DNA of 32,397 bases from NCBI GenBank assembly GCA_051252335.1, contig JBPOFV010000001.1, forward strand, positions 1 through 32,397, in the 5' to 3' direction. Shown piece after piece: positions 10,453 to 18,157 of the stretch. Numbering within the stretch: the stretch's first letter is position 1; every line of letters begins with the position of its first letter. The translations under genes were made by a program, and so were the position numbers. The DNA comes from Marinicella sp. (GTDB lineage: Bacteria > Pseudomonadota > Gammaproteobacteria > Xanthomonadales > Marinicellaceae). Under the pieces are notes generated by a model. That model searched no databases, was not told where the DNA came from, and saw nothing but the letters and a program-made list of their open reading frames with translations.

Positions 10453-10944
10453 ATGAATATTTGGTATCGACTACAAGTAAGTAAGAACCAGCATGGTTTA
10501 TATGCGTTGGCGTACCAAATGTTGGGCAACCAATTGGAAGCGGAAGATGTGGTGCAAGATACCTTCATCAAGTTGTGGCAACGCAAAGAAGATGGAGGCG
10601 AGTTTGAAAAAGCTTGGTTGTACAAAGTCACCAGGAACCATTGTTTAGATATTCTGCGCAGACGAAAACATGCCTATGAATATCAGATTGCTCAAGTTGT
10701 GGGCAGTGATGTGTCACCGTCGGCCAGTGATGCCGTTTTAAATGATGAACTATCTGGTGAAATTGGTAAAGCTATTAACCAGTTAGAAGAACCTTATCAA
10801 TCACTGTTGGTGATGCGAGAGGTCAATGGCTTGAGCTATCAAGTGTTAGCAGATTCACTGGATTTAAGTTTGTCTCAAACTAAAGTGTATTTACATCGAG
10901 CCAGAAAACAATTGAAAGAAAGTTTGGAAAAAACATATGCGTAA
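10453..10944 (+). CDS. ECF-family RNA polymerase sigma factor
   Basis: Region 2 'AEDVVQDTFIKLW..KAWLYKVTRNHCLDILR' and region 4 'LSYQVLADSLDLSLSQTKVYLHRARKQL'. Confidence 0.93.
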   Translation: MNIWYRLQVSKNQHGLYALAYQMLGNQLEAEDVVQDTFIKLWQRKEDGGEFEKAWLYKVTRNHCLDILRRRKHAYEYQIAQVVGSDVSPSASDAVLNDELSGEIGKAINQLEEPYQSLLVMREVNGLSYQVLADSLDLSLSQTKVYLHRARKQLKESLEKTYA

Positions 10945-11302
10945 GCAAAGAATAGAACAACAAGTAGCAGAGGAGCTGACCAGTTATTTTGAACAGGCTC
11001 GGATGGCCAAGTGTCCACCAAGCATGAAACAAAATCTGTATGAGCAAATTGGCATAAACTCAAGTCGAAATTGGTTTAAGCCTGCCATGGCTTTTTCAAT
11101 GGCTGCTGTATTAACCTTGGGCTTGGTGTGGCAAAACCACAACCAAAACCAATTAGAATTATTGGCCGCAGCTGAAAGAGACATGCAAATTGCCATGCAC
11201 TACATGCAAAAAGTCAGTGAAAAAACGTTAGAAGATGCCAATACACATGGCATTAAGCCTGCAATTATCGTACCCGTTTCTAAATCCATGGCACAGATTT
11301 AG
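10937..11302 (+). CDS. Putative single-TM anti-sigma factor
   Basis: Overlaps the sigma gene. Short cytoplasmic N-terminus, TM 'AMAFSMAAVLTLGLVW', small helical C-terminal part. Confidence 0.7.
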   Translation: MRKQRIEQQVAEELTSYFEQARMAKCPPSMKQNLYEQIGINSSRNWFKPAMAFSMAAVLTLGLVWQNHNQNQLELLAAAERDMQIAMHYMQKVSEKTLEDANTHGIKPAIIVPVSKSMAQI

Positions 11303-11313
11303 TGGAGTAAAAA

Positions 11314-11835
11314 ATGAAAAAAACTATACTATTATTAAGTTTCATCTTGTTCTCGTCACAACTGTTGGCGCAAGATGTGATGCAAAAATTACAATCTATG
11401 ATAGGCGTAGAACCCTCGGTTGAAATTAATTTAGGCGCAGCGATGCTGGGCTTACTCAGTGGCATGACCAGTGAAGAGAAACAGGTTTCAGAAATCATGA
11501 AAAACCTCACTGAAATATCTGTACGTGTTTACAATTTAGATGATGGTGACTTCAAGGGCGATTTAAGTCAAATTAAAACATTCATCAACGCCACTGCCGG
11601 TGAAATGAAAGCGTTAGGCATGGAACAGTTAGCGGCCATCCGAGAAGATGATTCAACGGTGTATATCATGGCGGAAATGGGTTCAGGTAATATGCAAGGA
11701 CTTTCTGTGATGGCATTGGACGATGATTCAGAGCTGGTGGTGATTAAAATTGGTGGTCAAATTATGCTTAAGGATCTGGCTGGCTTGATGAGTCGCTTTG
11801 ATGTAGACCTGGATGATATGGATATTGAGTTATAA
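11314..11835 (+). CDS. DUF4252-like exported protein
   Basis: Sec signal peptide; 'VEINLGAAML..ISVRVY..VYIM..GLSVMA..ELVVIKIGG' pattern; lies after the sigma/anti-sigma pair; SD GGAG. Confidence 0.72.
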   Translation: MKKTILLLSFILFSSQLLAQDVMQKLQSMIGVEPSVEINLGAAMLGLLSGMTSEEKQVSEIMKNLTEISVRVYNLDDGDFKGDLSQIKTFINATAGEMKALGMEQLAAIREDDSTVYIMAEMGSGNMQGLSVMALDDDSELVVIKIGGQIMLKDLAGLMSRFDVDLDDMDIEL

Positions 11836-11861
11836 AACCTGAAAAAAACTTAAAAGCGGCC

Positions 11862-11890
11862 TTTACATTCAATGAACTTGACTTTAAAAT
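11862..11890 (+). promoter_or_regulatory. Sigma70 promoter of rpmE2 (TTTACA-N17-TAAAAT, followed by a GC-rich discriminator)
   Basis: TTTACA at 11862-11867, TAAAAT at 11885-11890, then ACGCCG. Confidence 0.7.
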
Positions 11891-11927
11891 ACGCCGTCTT
11901 GTTTGATACAGAACATTGGAAACAGTT

Positions 11928-12173
11928 ATGAGAAAAGATATTCATCCAGAATACAGAGAAGTGGTATTTCAAGACGCAGGTGCAGATTTTGCATTTTTAA
12001 CGCGTTCTTGCATTCATTCTAAAGAAACCATTAAATGGGAAGATGGTAATGAGTATCCGTTAGTTAAAATCGAGATTTCATCAAAATCACACCCATACTA
12101 TACTGGCCAACAAAAAGTGGCTGATACAGGTGGACGTGTTGATCGATTTAAACGCAGATACCAAAGAAAATAA
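11928..12173 (+). CDS. rpmE2: 50S ribosomal protein L31 type B (zinc-independent)
   Basis: [16 protein letters not shown]...[18 protein letters not shown]...GRVDRF, with no CxC/CxxC motifs. ATG at 11928 preferred over the TTG at 11916. Confidence 0.95.
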   Translation: MRKDIHPEYREVVFQDAGADFAFLTRSCIHSKETIKWEDGNEYPLVKIEISSKSHPYYTGQQKVADTGGRVDRFKRRYQRK

Positions 12174-12191
12174 ACTTTTCGTAGAAACATT

Positions 12192-12220
12192 AAAAAAACC
12201 CGACTTGTTCGGGTTTTTTT
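12192..12220 (+). terminator. Rho-independent terminator after rpmE2
   Basis: AAAAAAACCCGA-CTTGT-TCGGGTTTTTTT hairpin with a U-tract. Confidence 0.9.
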
Positions 12221-12393
12221 GTGCCTGGAGCTGTAGATCAAGGTCACAACATTAGACTTATGTATGGTCTAAACTGCTTTTATTCATAACAGCTAAGGTG
12301 TTAAAATGAACGATTGTTTGAATACATGATACGCACAGGCTCTTTTGAGCAGTGACTAAGAACAATAAAATACCCTAGATTGGAGAGTTGTAA

Positions 12394-13683
12394 ATGAGTG
12401 AAGATGTCGTAAAAGTCATTACCCCAGAAGGACAAACTGCAGAATTACCAGTAATTCGTGCAGAAATGGGCCCACCTACTTTTGATATAAAAACCTTGCA
12501 TAAGCAAACAGGCTATTTTACTTATGATTCTGGCTTTGCTGCCACGGGTGCTTGCAAAAGTGACATCACATTTATCGATGGTGGGAAAGGGATATTATTG
12601 TATCGTGGTTATCCAATTGAACAGTTGGCACAAAGCAGTAATTTCATGGAAGTGACTTACCTGTTAATGAATGGCGAATTACCCAATTCAGAACAATATG
12701 AAGAGTTCAACCAACTGATTACTCGTCATACCATGGTCCATGAGAAAATCAGATCTTTTATGAAGGGCTTTCAATATGATGCCCATCCTATGGCTATGAT
12801 GATGAGTGTCATTGGTTCATTTTCTGCTTTTTATCACGACGGCATGAATGTCAATAATGCAGAAGATCGCAGAATGGCTGCCATCAGATTGATTGCTAAA
12901 ATGCCAACAGTTGCAGCAGCTGTCTATAAAAACTATGTGGGACAGCCTTTTATGTACCCACAAAATAAATTAGGCTTCACTGATCGTTTGTTGCACATGA
13001 TGTATGGTGTGCCTGCCGAACCATACAAAATCAACCCAGTGGCATCTAAAGCCCTTGATTTATTGTTCATCTTGCATGCTGATCATGAGCAAAATGCCAG
13101 TACATCAACAGTGCGTTTAGTGGGCTCAACAGGCGCCAATCCATTCGCTTGTATTTCTGCTGGTATCGCTTCACTCTGGGGACCTGCTCACGGTGGTGCC
13201 AATGAAGCTGTTCTTAACATGTTGGATGAAATTGGTGATGTCAGCCAAATAGATAAATATGTGGCCAAAGCGAAAGATAAGAATGATCCATTCCGATTAA
13301 TGGGATTTGGTCATCGTGTTTATAAAAACTTTGATCCAAGAGCCACCATCATCCGCAAAGCTTGTCATGAAGTATTGGAAGACTTAGGAATTCAAGATCC
13401 ACAATTGGAATTGGCCATGCGACTGGAAGAAATCGCGCTAAAAGACGAGTATTTTGTGGCCAGAAAGCTGTATCCAAATGTAGATTTTTATTCAGGCATC
13501 ATATATAAAGCATTGGGGATACCTGTTCAAATGTTTACCGTGATGTTTGCCATTGCCAGAACAGTTGGTTGGACTTCACAATGGTTGGAACAATACGAAA
13601 CGCCAGACACAAGAATTGGTCGACCACGCCAGGTTTATGGTGGTGCTCAAACCAGAGATTACGTCAATATCAATAACCGTTGA
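12394..13683 (+). CDS. gltA: Citrate synthase (type II)
   Basis: [44 protein letters not shown] and YPNVDFYSG motifs. SD GGAG; TGTTAAAAT extended -10 at 12299-12307. Confidence 0.98.
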   Translation: MSEDVVKVITPEGQTAELPVIRAEMGPPTFDIKTLHKQTGYFTYDSGFAATGACKSDITFIDGGKGILLYRGYPIEQLAQSSNFMEVTYLLMNGELPNSEQYEEFNQLITRHTMVHEKIRSFMKGFQYDAHPMAMMMSVIGSFSAFYHDGMNVNNAEDRRMAAIRLIAKMPTVAAAVYKNYVGQPFMYPQNKLGFTDRLLHMMYGVPAEPYKINPVASKALDLLFILHADHEQNASTSTVRLVGSTGANPFACISAGIASLWGPAHGGANEAVLNMLDEIGDVSQIDKYVAKAKDKNDPFRLMGFGHRVYKNFDPRATIIRKACHEVLEDLGIQDPQLELAMRLEEIALKDEYFVARKLYPNVDFYSGIIYKALGIPVQMFTVMFAIARTVGWTSQWLEQYETPDTRIGRPRQVYGGAQTRDYVNINNR

Positions 13684-14396
13684 GCTTGGCGTTTACCCAG
13701 AAACTGAAGCAACATTTAACTTCTTTAGGTGTTGATGTTGGTGCAGTAGAACAAGCTTTGCCGAATAACTTAACCCTGTCATTCCAAGACGGGGTTTTGT
13801 CGTTATACGACCTTAATAATACCCAAAGTCATCTCTGTGTTGATTATGTGGAGGGTGCACTTTCATATCGCAGCAGACAACACTTAGGCGCAGAAAATTT
13901 AATCAAAGCCTGCCAAATAAAAGGTCAACCAGGCATCAGAATTTTGGATGGTACATGTGGTCTTGGAACGGACAGCTTTTTGTTACATCAAGCAGGTTTT
14001 GCGGTAACGGCAACGGAAAAAAACCCAATCATACATGCCTTGTTATTAGATGGGATAAATCGATACACCAAACAGACAGGAAACGGTTGTTTTGAACTTA
14101 ATTTGGCTGACTTAACTGACCAATTACAGAGCCATCAATATGATGTGATTTATCTGGATCCCATGTTTCCAACCAAAGAAAAGTCAGCAAAAAATAAAAA
14201 AACCATGCAGTTATTTCAAGCCATACACGAAGATGAAGTGGATACAGCTGCACAATTTTTAGATTTGGCATTACACGCATGTTGCCAAAGAGTGGTCATC
14301 AAAAGACCTACAAAAGCCCCTATTCTGACTCAAACAAAACCCACCTTCCAAGTGATGGGTAAAACCTGTCGATTTGACGCTTATCATATTTCTTAA
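13680..14396 (+). CDS. rsmJ: 16S rRNA m2G1516 methyltransferase RsmJ-like (class I SAM methyltransferase)
   Basis: [30 protein letters not shown] and RFDAY motifs. TTG start overlaps the gltA TGA. Confidence 0.85.
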   Translation: MSLAFTQKLKQHLTSLGVDVGAVEQALPNNLTLSFQDGVLSLYDLNNTQSHLCVDYVEGALSYRSRQHLGAENLIKACQIKGQPGIRILDGTCGLGTDSFLLHQAGFAVTATEKNPIIHALLLDGINRYTKQTGNGCFELNLADLTDQLQSHQYDVIYLDPMFPTKEKSAKNKKTMQLFQAIHEDEVDTAAQFLDLALHACCQRVVIKRPTKAPILTQTKPTFQVMGKTCRFDAYHIS

Positions 14397-14511
14397 CACA
14401 AAATTATACTAATTTGGTTAAATTAAGACTAAAAATTCACAATTCTTTATATTTACTTCTTTGAACATTTATTATAATAAAAAGGTGTAAATAGAAAAGT
14501 GTGTAATAAAA

Positions 14512-15066
14512 ATGAAGAAAACTTTAAGTAGTAAGCATTCCCCTATGAGTGATTCAGTGTCAAACATTGCTTTGATTATGGCTGAGGCCACATTGAAAAA
14601 TGATTTTCCATATAAAGTATTTATGGAATATTATAAAATGCATATGGTTCGATTAGCTAAGCAAGAAAAGAAGAAATCAACCGTGGTTGAAATTTCTGCT
14701 CGAACGGGTATTGACCGCAGATTCATTGCGCCATACCTCAACAGTGATGACATCAGTATCAAACCATCAAAAGTGGCCAAGGTCTATAATGATGTTTTGG
14801 CGTTTTGTCAGAAAAATGATACCAAGAAAATTCTTAAAAATGACGACAAAAAATCCTTTGAAGTGCTGTGTCAAAAGCATGCCAATGGCAGTCTAACACC
14901 CAAAGCGATCTATACTGAATTATGGCGTTTGGGTTTAATGAAAGATGTGGGAACACATTATAAGTTAAAGAAACCCTCATCCTCTGAAAAGAAAGTGGCC
15001 AAAGCCACCAAAAGAATGAAGGATTTAGACAAAGCCATCAGTGACTCGGTCAAAGGATTGTTGTAA
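14512..15066 (+). CDS. Basic HTH-containing hypothetical protein, DUF6502-like
   Basis: 'STVVEISARTGIDRRFI' HTH-like segment and 'SFEVLCQK...TPKAIYTELWRLGLM' recall the DUF6502 pattern. Lysine-rich. Confidence 0.5.
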   Translation: MKKTLSSKHSPMSDSVSNIALIMAEATLKNDFPYKVFMEYYKMHMVRLAKQEKKKSTVVEISARTGIDRRFIAPYLNSDDISIKPSKVAKVYNDVLAFCQKNDTKKILKNDDKKSFEVLCQKHANGSLTPKAIYTELWRLGLMKDVGTHYKLKKPSSSEKKVAKATKRMKDLDKAISDSVKGLL

Positions 15067-15100
15067 ACAGTGGTTGCAAACAGTCAAAAAAGTGAAGTCT

Positions 15101-16594
15101 TTATGGCTTGGCTTTTTTGGCTAAATAGCGACTGAGATGTCGGTCCATTTCATTGTCGATAAATCCGGAGACTGCTGTATTAACCAGGTGCCTTGAGACA
15201 TAGTGGTACAGGGGTATAACGGGCAGTTGTTCGGCCAACAGTTGTTCTGCTTGGGTAACCAGCTTGGCTTTCTTGATGGGGTCATAGCTGCGTCTGAGCT
15301 GATCGATAATGACATCGTATGCCTGTTGTTCGAAGGCATAAAAATTGAAATGTGACTGACTGTGGAATAAGTCCAGAAAGTTCAATGGGTCATGATAATC
15401 TGCAATCCAGCCTGAGCGAAATGCTTGTTTGTTATTCCCTTTACGGGTATTGACAAACATTTTCCATTCTTGGTTTTTTAATTTTGATTTAACACCCAGA
15501 TGTTGCCGCCACATGGCCGCAATGGCCAGAGCCACTTTCTTTTGATTGTCACTGTTGTTGTATAAAATTTCGATTTTATCTGTGTTGCGGTTAAAACCGC
15601 TTTGTTGCAATAACTGTTGTGCCTTTTGAAGATCAAATCCTGGGTCTGTAGTTACATCAGAAACAATACCAGCAGGTGGAACAATTTGATTGGCAGGAAC
15701 TTGTCCAGTTTTCAGAACCTTGTCGACCAAGATACGCCGGTCAATACTCAAGCTCAGGGCTTGCCTGAGTTTTTGCTTGCCTAAATTGTTGTCTTGTAAG
15801 TTTAAGCCAAGAAAAAAAGTACCAAAATAAGGTGCAATGCGCAATTCCTTGGCCAAGTTTTCACGCAGCCACAAGATTTGACTGTCAGGTATGGTTTCGG
15901 TGATGTCCAAATCCCCAGCCCTAAAGCGCAGTAATTCACTGTTTTGGTTTTCAGTGACCCAATAATTGATGTGGCTTGTCTTGACCTCTTGGGCGGCATG
16001 AAAATATGGATTTTTAACCAATTCAATGCGTTCCTGAATATCCCATTTTTGTAAGAAATAAGCCCCGTTACTGACTGATAAGTTTGCGTTAGCATCTGGC
16101 AAGGGATAAAAAATTGGCAACACCAATTTATGCAGCAGTCCCGCATCGGCTTGGTTCAGTGTTATGCGTAAGTGTAATGGGTGATCACTCTCAACATTTA
16201 AATCACTGCCAGTCATCATGTTATCAAAAAGCTGTTTATACGGAGCCGCCGTGTTGGGGTTGATGGCCAACTTCCAGGCCTGAATAAAATCATTAGCAGT
16301 GACTGATAACCCATCACTCCATTTGGCATTGGGCTTTAAGTTGAATGTCCAAACAGTAAAGTCCGAGTTAACTTCATGATTTGCTGCCACACCATATTGG
16401 GGTATTCCATGAACATCGAATGACATCAAGCCCTCGTACATGTCCATTAAAATATTCTGGCTGTTTAAGCCTTGGGCTTGATGGATATCCAAAGAATCAG
16501 GCTCTGCGCCATTACCACGATTGATTGAATCAGTTGACGCATGGGAAACCAGACAAAAGCAGCCTAAAAAGATAAAAGAAAGTGACAATCTCAT
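15101..16594 (-). CDS. Peptide ABC transporter substrate-binding protein (SBP family 5, OppA-like)
   Basis: Signal peptide; NGAEPDSLD, KWSDG..VTANDF, VSNGAY, LVKNPY, RSGWIADY.DP and PVIPLYHY motifs. Confidence 0.9.
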   Translation of the reverse strand: MRLSLSFIFLGCFCLVSHASTDSINRGNGAEPDSLDIHQAQGLNSQNILMDMYEGLMSFDVHGIPQYGVAANHEVNSDFTVWTFNLKPNAKWSDGLSVTANDFIQAWKLAINPNTAAPYKQLFDNMMTGSDLNVESDHPLHLRITLNQADAGLLHKLVLPIFYPLPDANANLSVSNGAYFLQKWDIQERIELVKNPYFHAAQEVKTSHINYWVTENQNSELLRFRAGDLDITETIPDSQILWLRENLAKELRIAPYFGTFFLGLNLQDNNLGKQKLRQALSLSIDRRILVDKVLKTGQVPANQIVPPAGIVSDVTTDPGFDLQKAQQLLQQSGFNRNTDKIEILYNNSDNQKKVALAIAAMWRQHLGVKSKLKNQEWKMFVNTRKGNNKQAFRSGWIADYHDPLNFLDLFHSQSHFNFYAFEQQAYDVIIDQLRRSYDPIKKAKLVTQAEQLLAEQLPVIPLYHYVSRHLVNTAVSGFIDNEMDRHLSRYLAKKAKP

Positions 16595-16727
16595 GATTTA
16601 GATTTAACCACATTATCAAGGGCTGATAAAAAGTTTTTCAATTCAGCCCATTATTATTTGTACTGCTATGTGACGTGGATTTTGGTAAGATTCAATAAAT
16701 TACTTCGCTCCATACACCCGAATAAAA

Positions 16728-18089
16728 ATGAAGCCTATGAAAAACCAAGACGCCATCCAATCGAAAAATGATCTAATCGATTACCTTGCTTCAGGTTCAA
16801 AACCTAAATCAGCTTGGAAAGTGGGTACAGAACATGAAAAATTTGGTTTTCATCGGGCTGATAATAAGCCGCTGCATTACGCTGAACCGGGCGGCATCAG
16901 AGACATATTAAATGGACTAGCTGAGCAGTTTAATTGGGAGCCCGAATATGAGGGCGACGATGTCATTGCTTTGAAGCGTGACGGATGTTCTATCACCCTG
17001 GAACCAGGTGGTCAACTGGAATTGTCCGGAGCACCACTGGAAAACGTTCACCAAACTTGTACTGAAACAGGTTTACATTTGAGAGAAGTGAAGGCAGTTG
17101 CAGAACCTCTTGGCAGTGCCTTTCTCGGCATGGGTTTTCATCCCAAAGCGCGCCGGGAGGACATCAGCTATATGCCAAAAGGAAGGTACAAAATCATGAG
17201 TGAATACATGCCTAAAGTGGGAACTTTAGGTATTGATATGATGAAAAGGACATGCACCATACAGGCCAATTTAGACTTTTCTTCTGAAGCCGATATGATC
17301 AAAAAATTCAGGGTATCACTGGCTTTACAGCCATTGGCCACTGCTTTATTTGCTAACTCACCCTTTACTGAAGGTAAGGGCAATGGATTTGTCAGCTATA
17401 GATCGCATATTTGGACCGACACTGATGATGACCGCTGTGGCATCATACCTTTTGTGTTTGAGCCTGAGATGGGATTTGAGCGTTATGTGGATTATATGTT
17501 GGATGTCCCCATGTATTTTGTTTACCGCAATGGACAATACATCGATGCATCAGGTCTATCATTCAAAGATTTTATGGCCGGTAAATTAGCCATTCTGCCT
17601 GGTGAACGACCTACCATGAAAGATTGGGAAGATCACTTAACCACCGCATTCCCTGAAGTCAGATTGAAAAAGTTTCTTGAGATGCGTGGCGCAGATGGTG
17701 GCCCATGGCGTCGAATTTGTGCTTTACCTGCACTGTGGATTGGTTTGTTATATGACCAGGAACAGTTGGACTTAGCCAATGACTGGATCAGTGATTGGAC
17801 CTTGGCTGAACATGAACATTTGCGTCAAGAAGTGCCTAAATTAGGTTTAAGTACCAAATTCAGAGGCCAAAGAGTCAGAGATTTGGCCTTAAAGATGTTA
17901 GACATGTCCAGGAAAGGTCTTGAAAAACGCGCCATCAAATCAAGTTGTGGCAAAGATGAGAGCATCTATTTGGAACCCTTACAAATCATTGCAGACACGT
18001 ATGCCACACCTGCTGAACGTAAATTAGGTAAATACCACGGTGTTTGGGATAAGCAAACCGATGAATTGTTTGAAGTGTACGCTTATTAA
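16728..18089 (+). CDS. gshA: Glutamate--cysteine ligase (GCS2, plant/alphaproteobacterial type)
   Basis: [46 protein letters not shown] and [21 protein letters not shown] motifs. Confidence 0.95.
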   Translation: MKPMKNQDAIQSKNDLIDYLASGSKPKSAWKVGTEHEKFGFHRADNKPLHYAEPGGIRDILNGLAEQFNWEPEYEGDDVIALKRDGCSITLEPGGQLELSGAPLENVHQTCTETGLHLREVKAVAEPLGSAFLGMGFHPKARREDISYMPKGRYKIMSEYMPKVGTLGIDMMKRTCTIQANLDFSSEADMIKKFRVSLALQPLATALFANSPFTEGKGNGFVSYRSHIWTDTDDDRCGIIPFVFEPEMGFERYVDYMLDVPMYFVYRNGQYIDASGLSFKDFMAGKLAILPGERPTMKDWEDHLTTAFPEVRLKKFLEMRGADGGPWRRICALPALWIGLLYDQEQLDLANDWISDWTLAEHEHLRQEVPKLGLSTKFRGQRVRDLALKMLDMSRKGLEKRAIKSSCGKDESIYLEPLQIIADTYATPAERKLGKYHGVWDKQTDELFEVYAY

Positions 18090-18107
18090 AGGAATTAACT
18101 GTTAATC

Positions 18108-18138
18108 AAAAAAAACCCAGGAAAACCTGGGTTTTTTT
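18108..18138. terminator. Bidirectional intrinsic terminator between the convergent gshA and large secreted protein genes
   Basis: AAAAAAAACCCAGG-AAAA-CCTGGGTTTTTTT. Confidence 0.92.
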
Positions 18139-18157
18139 ATGCCGTATTACAGGTGGT

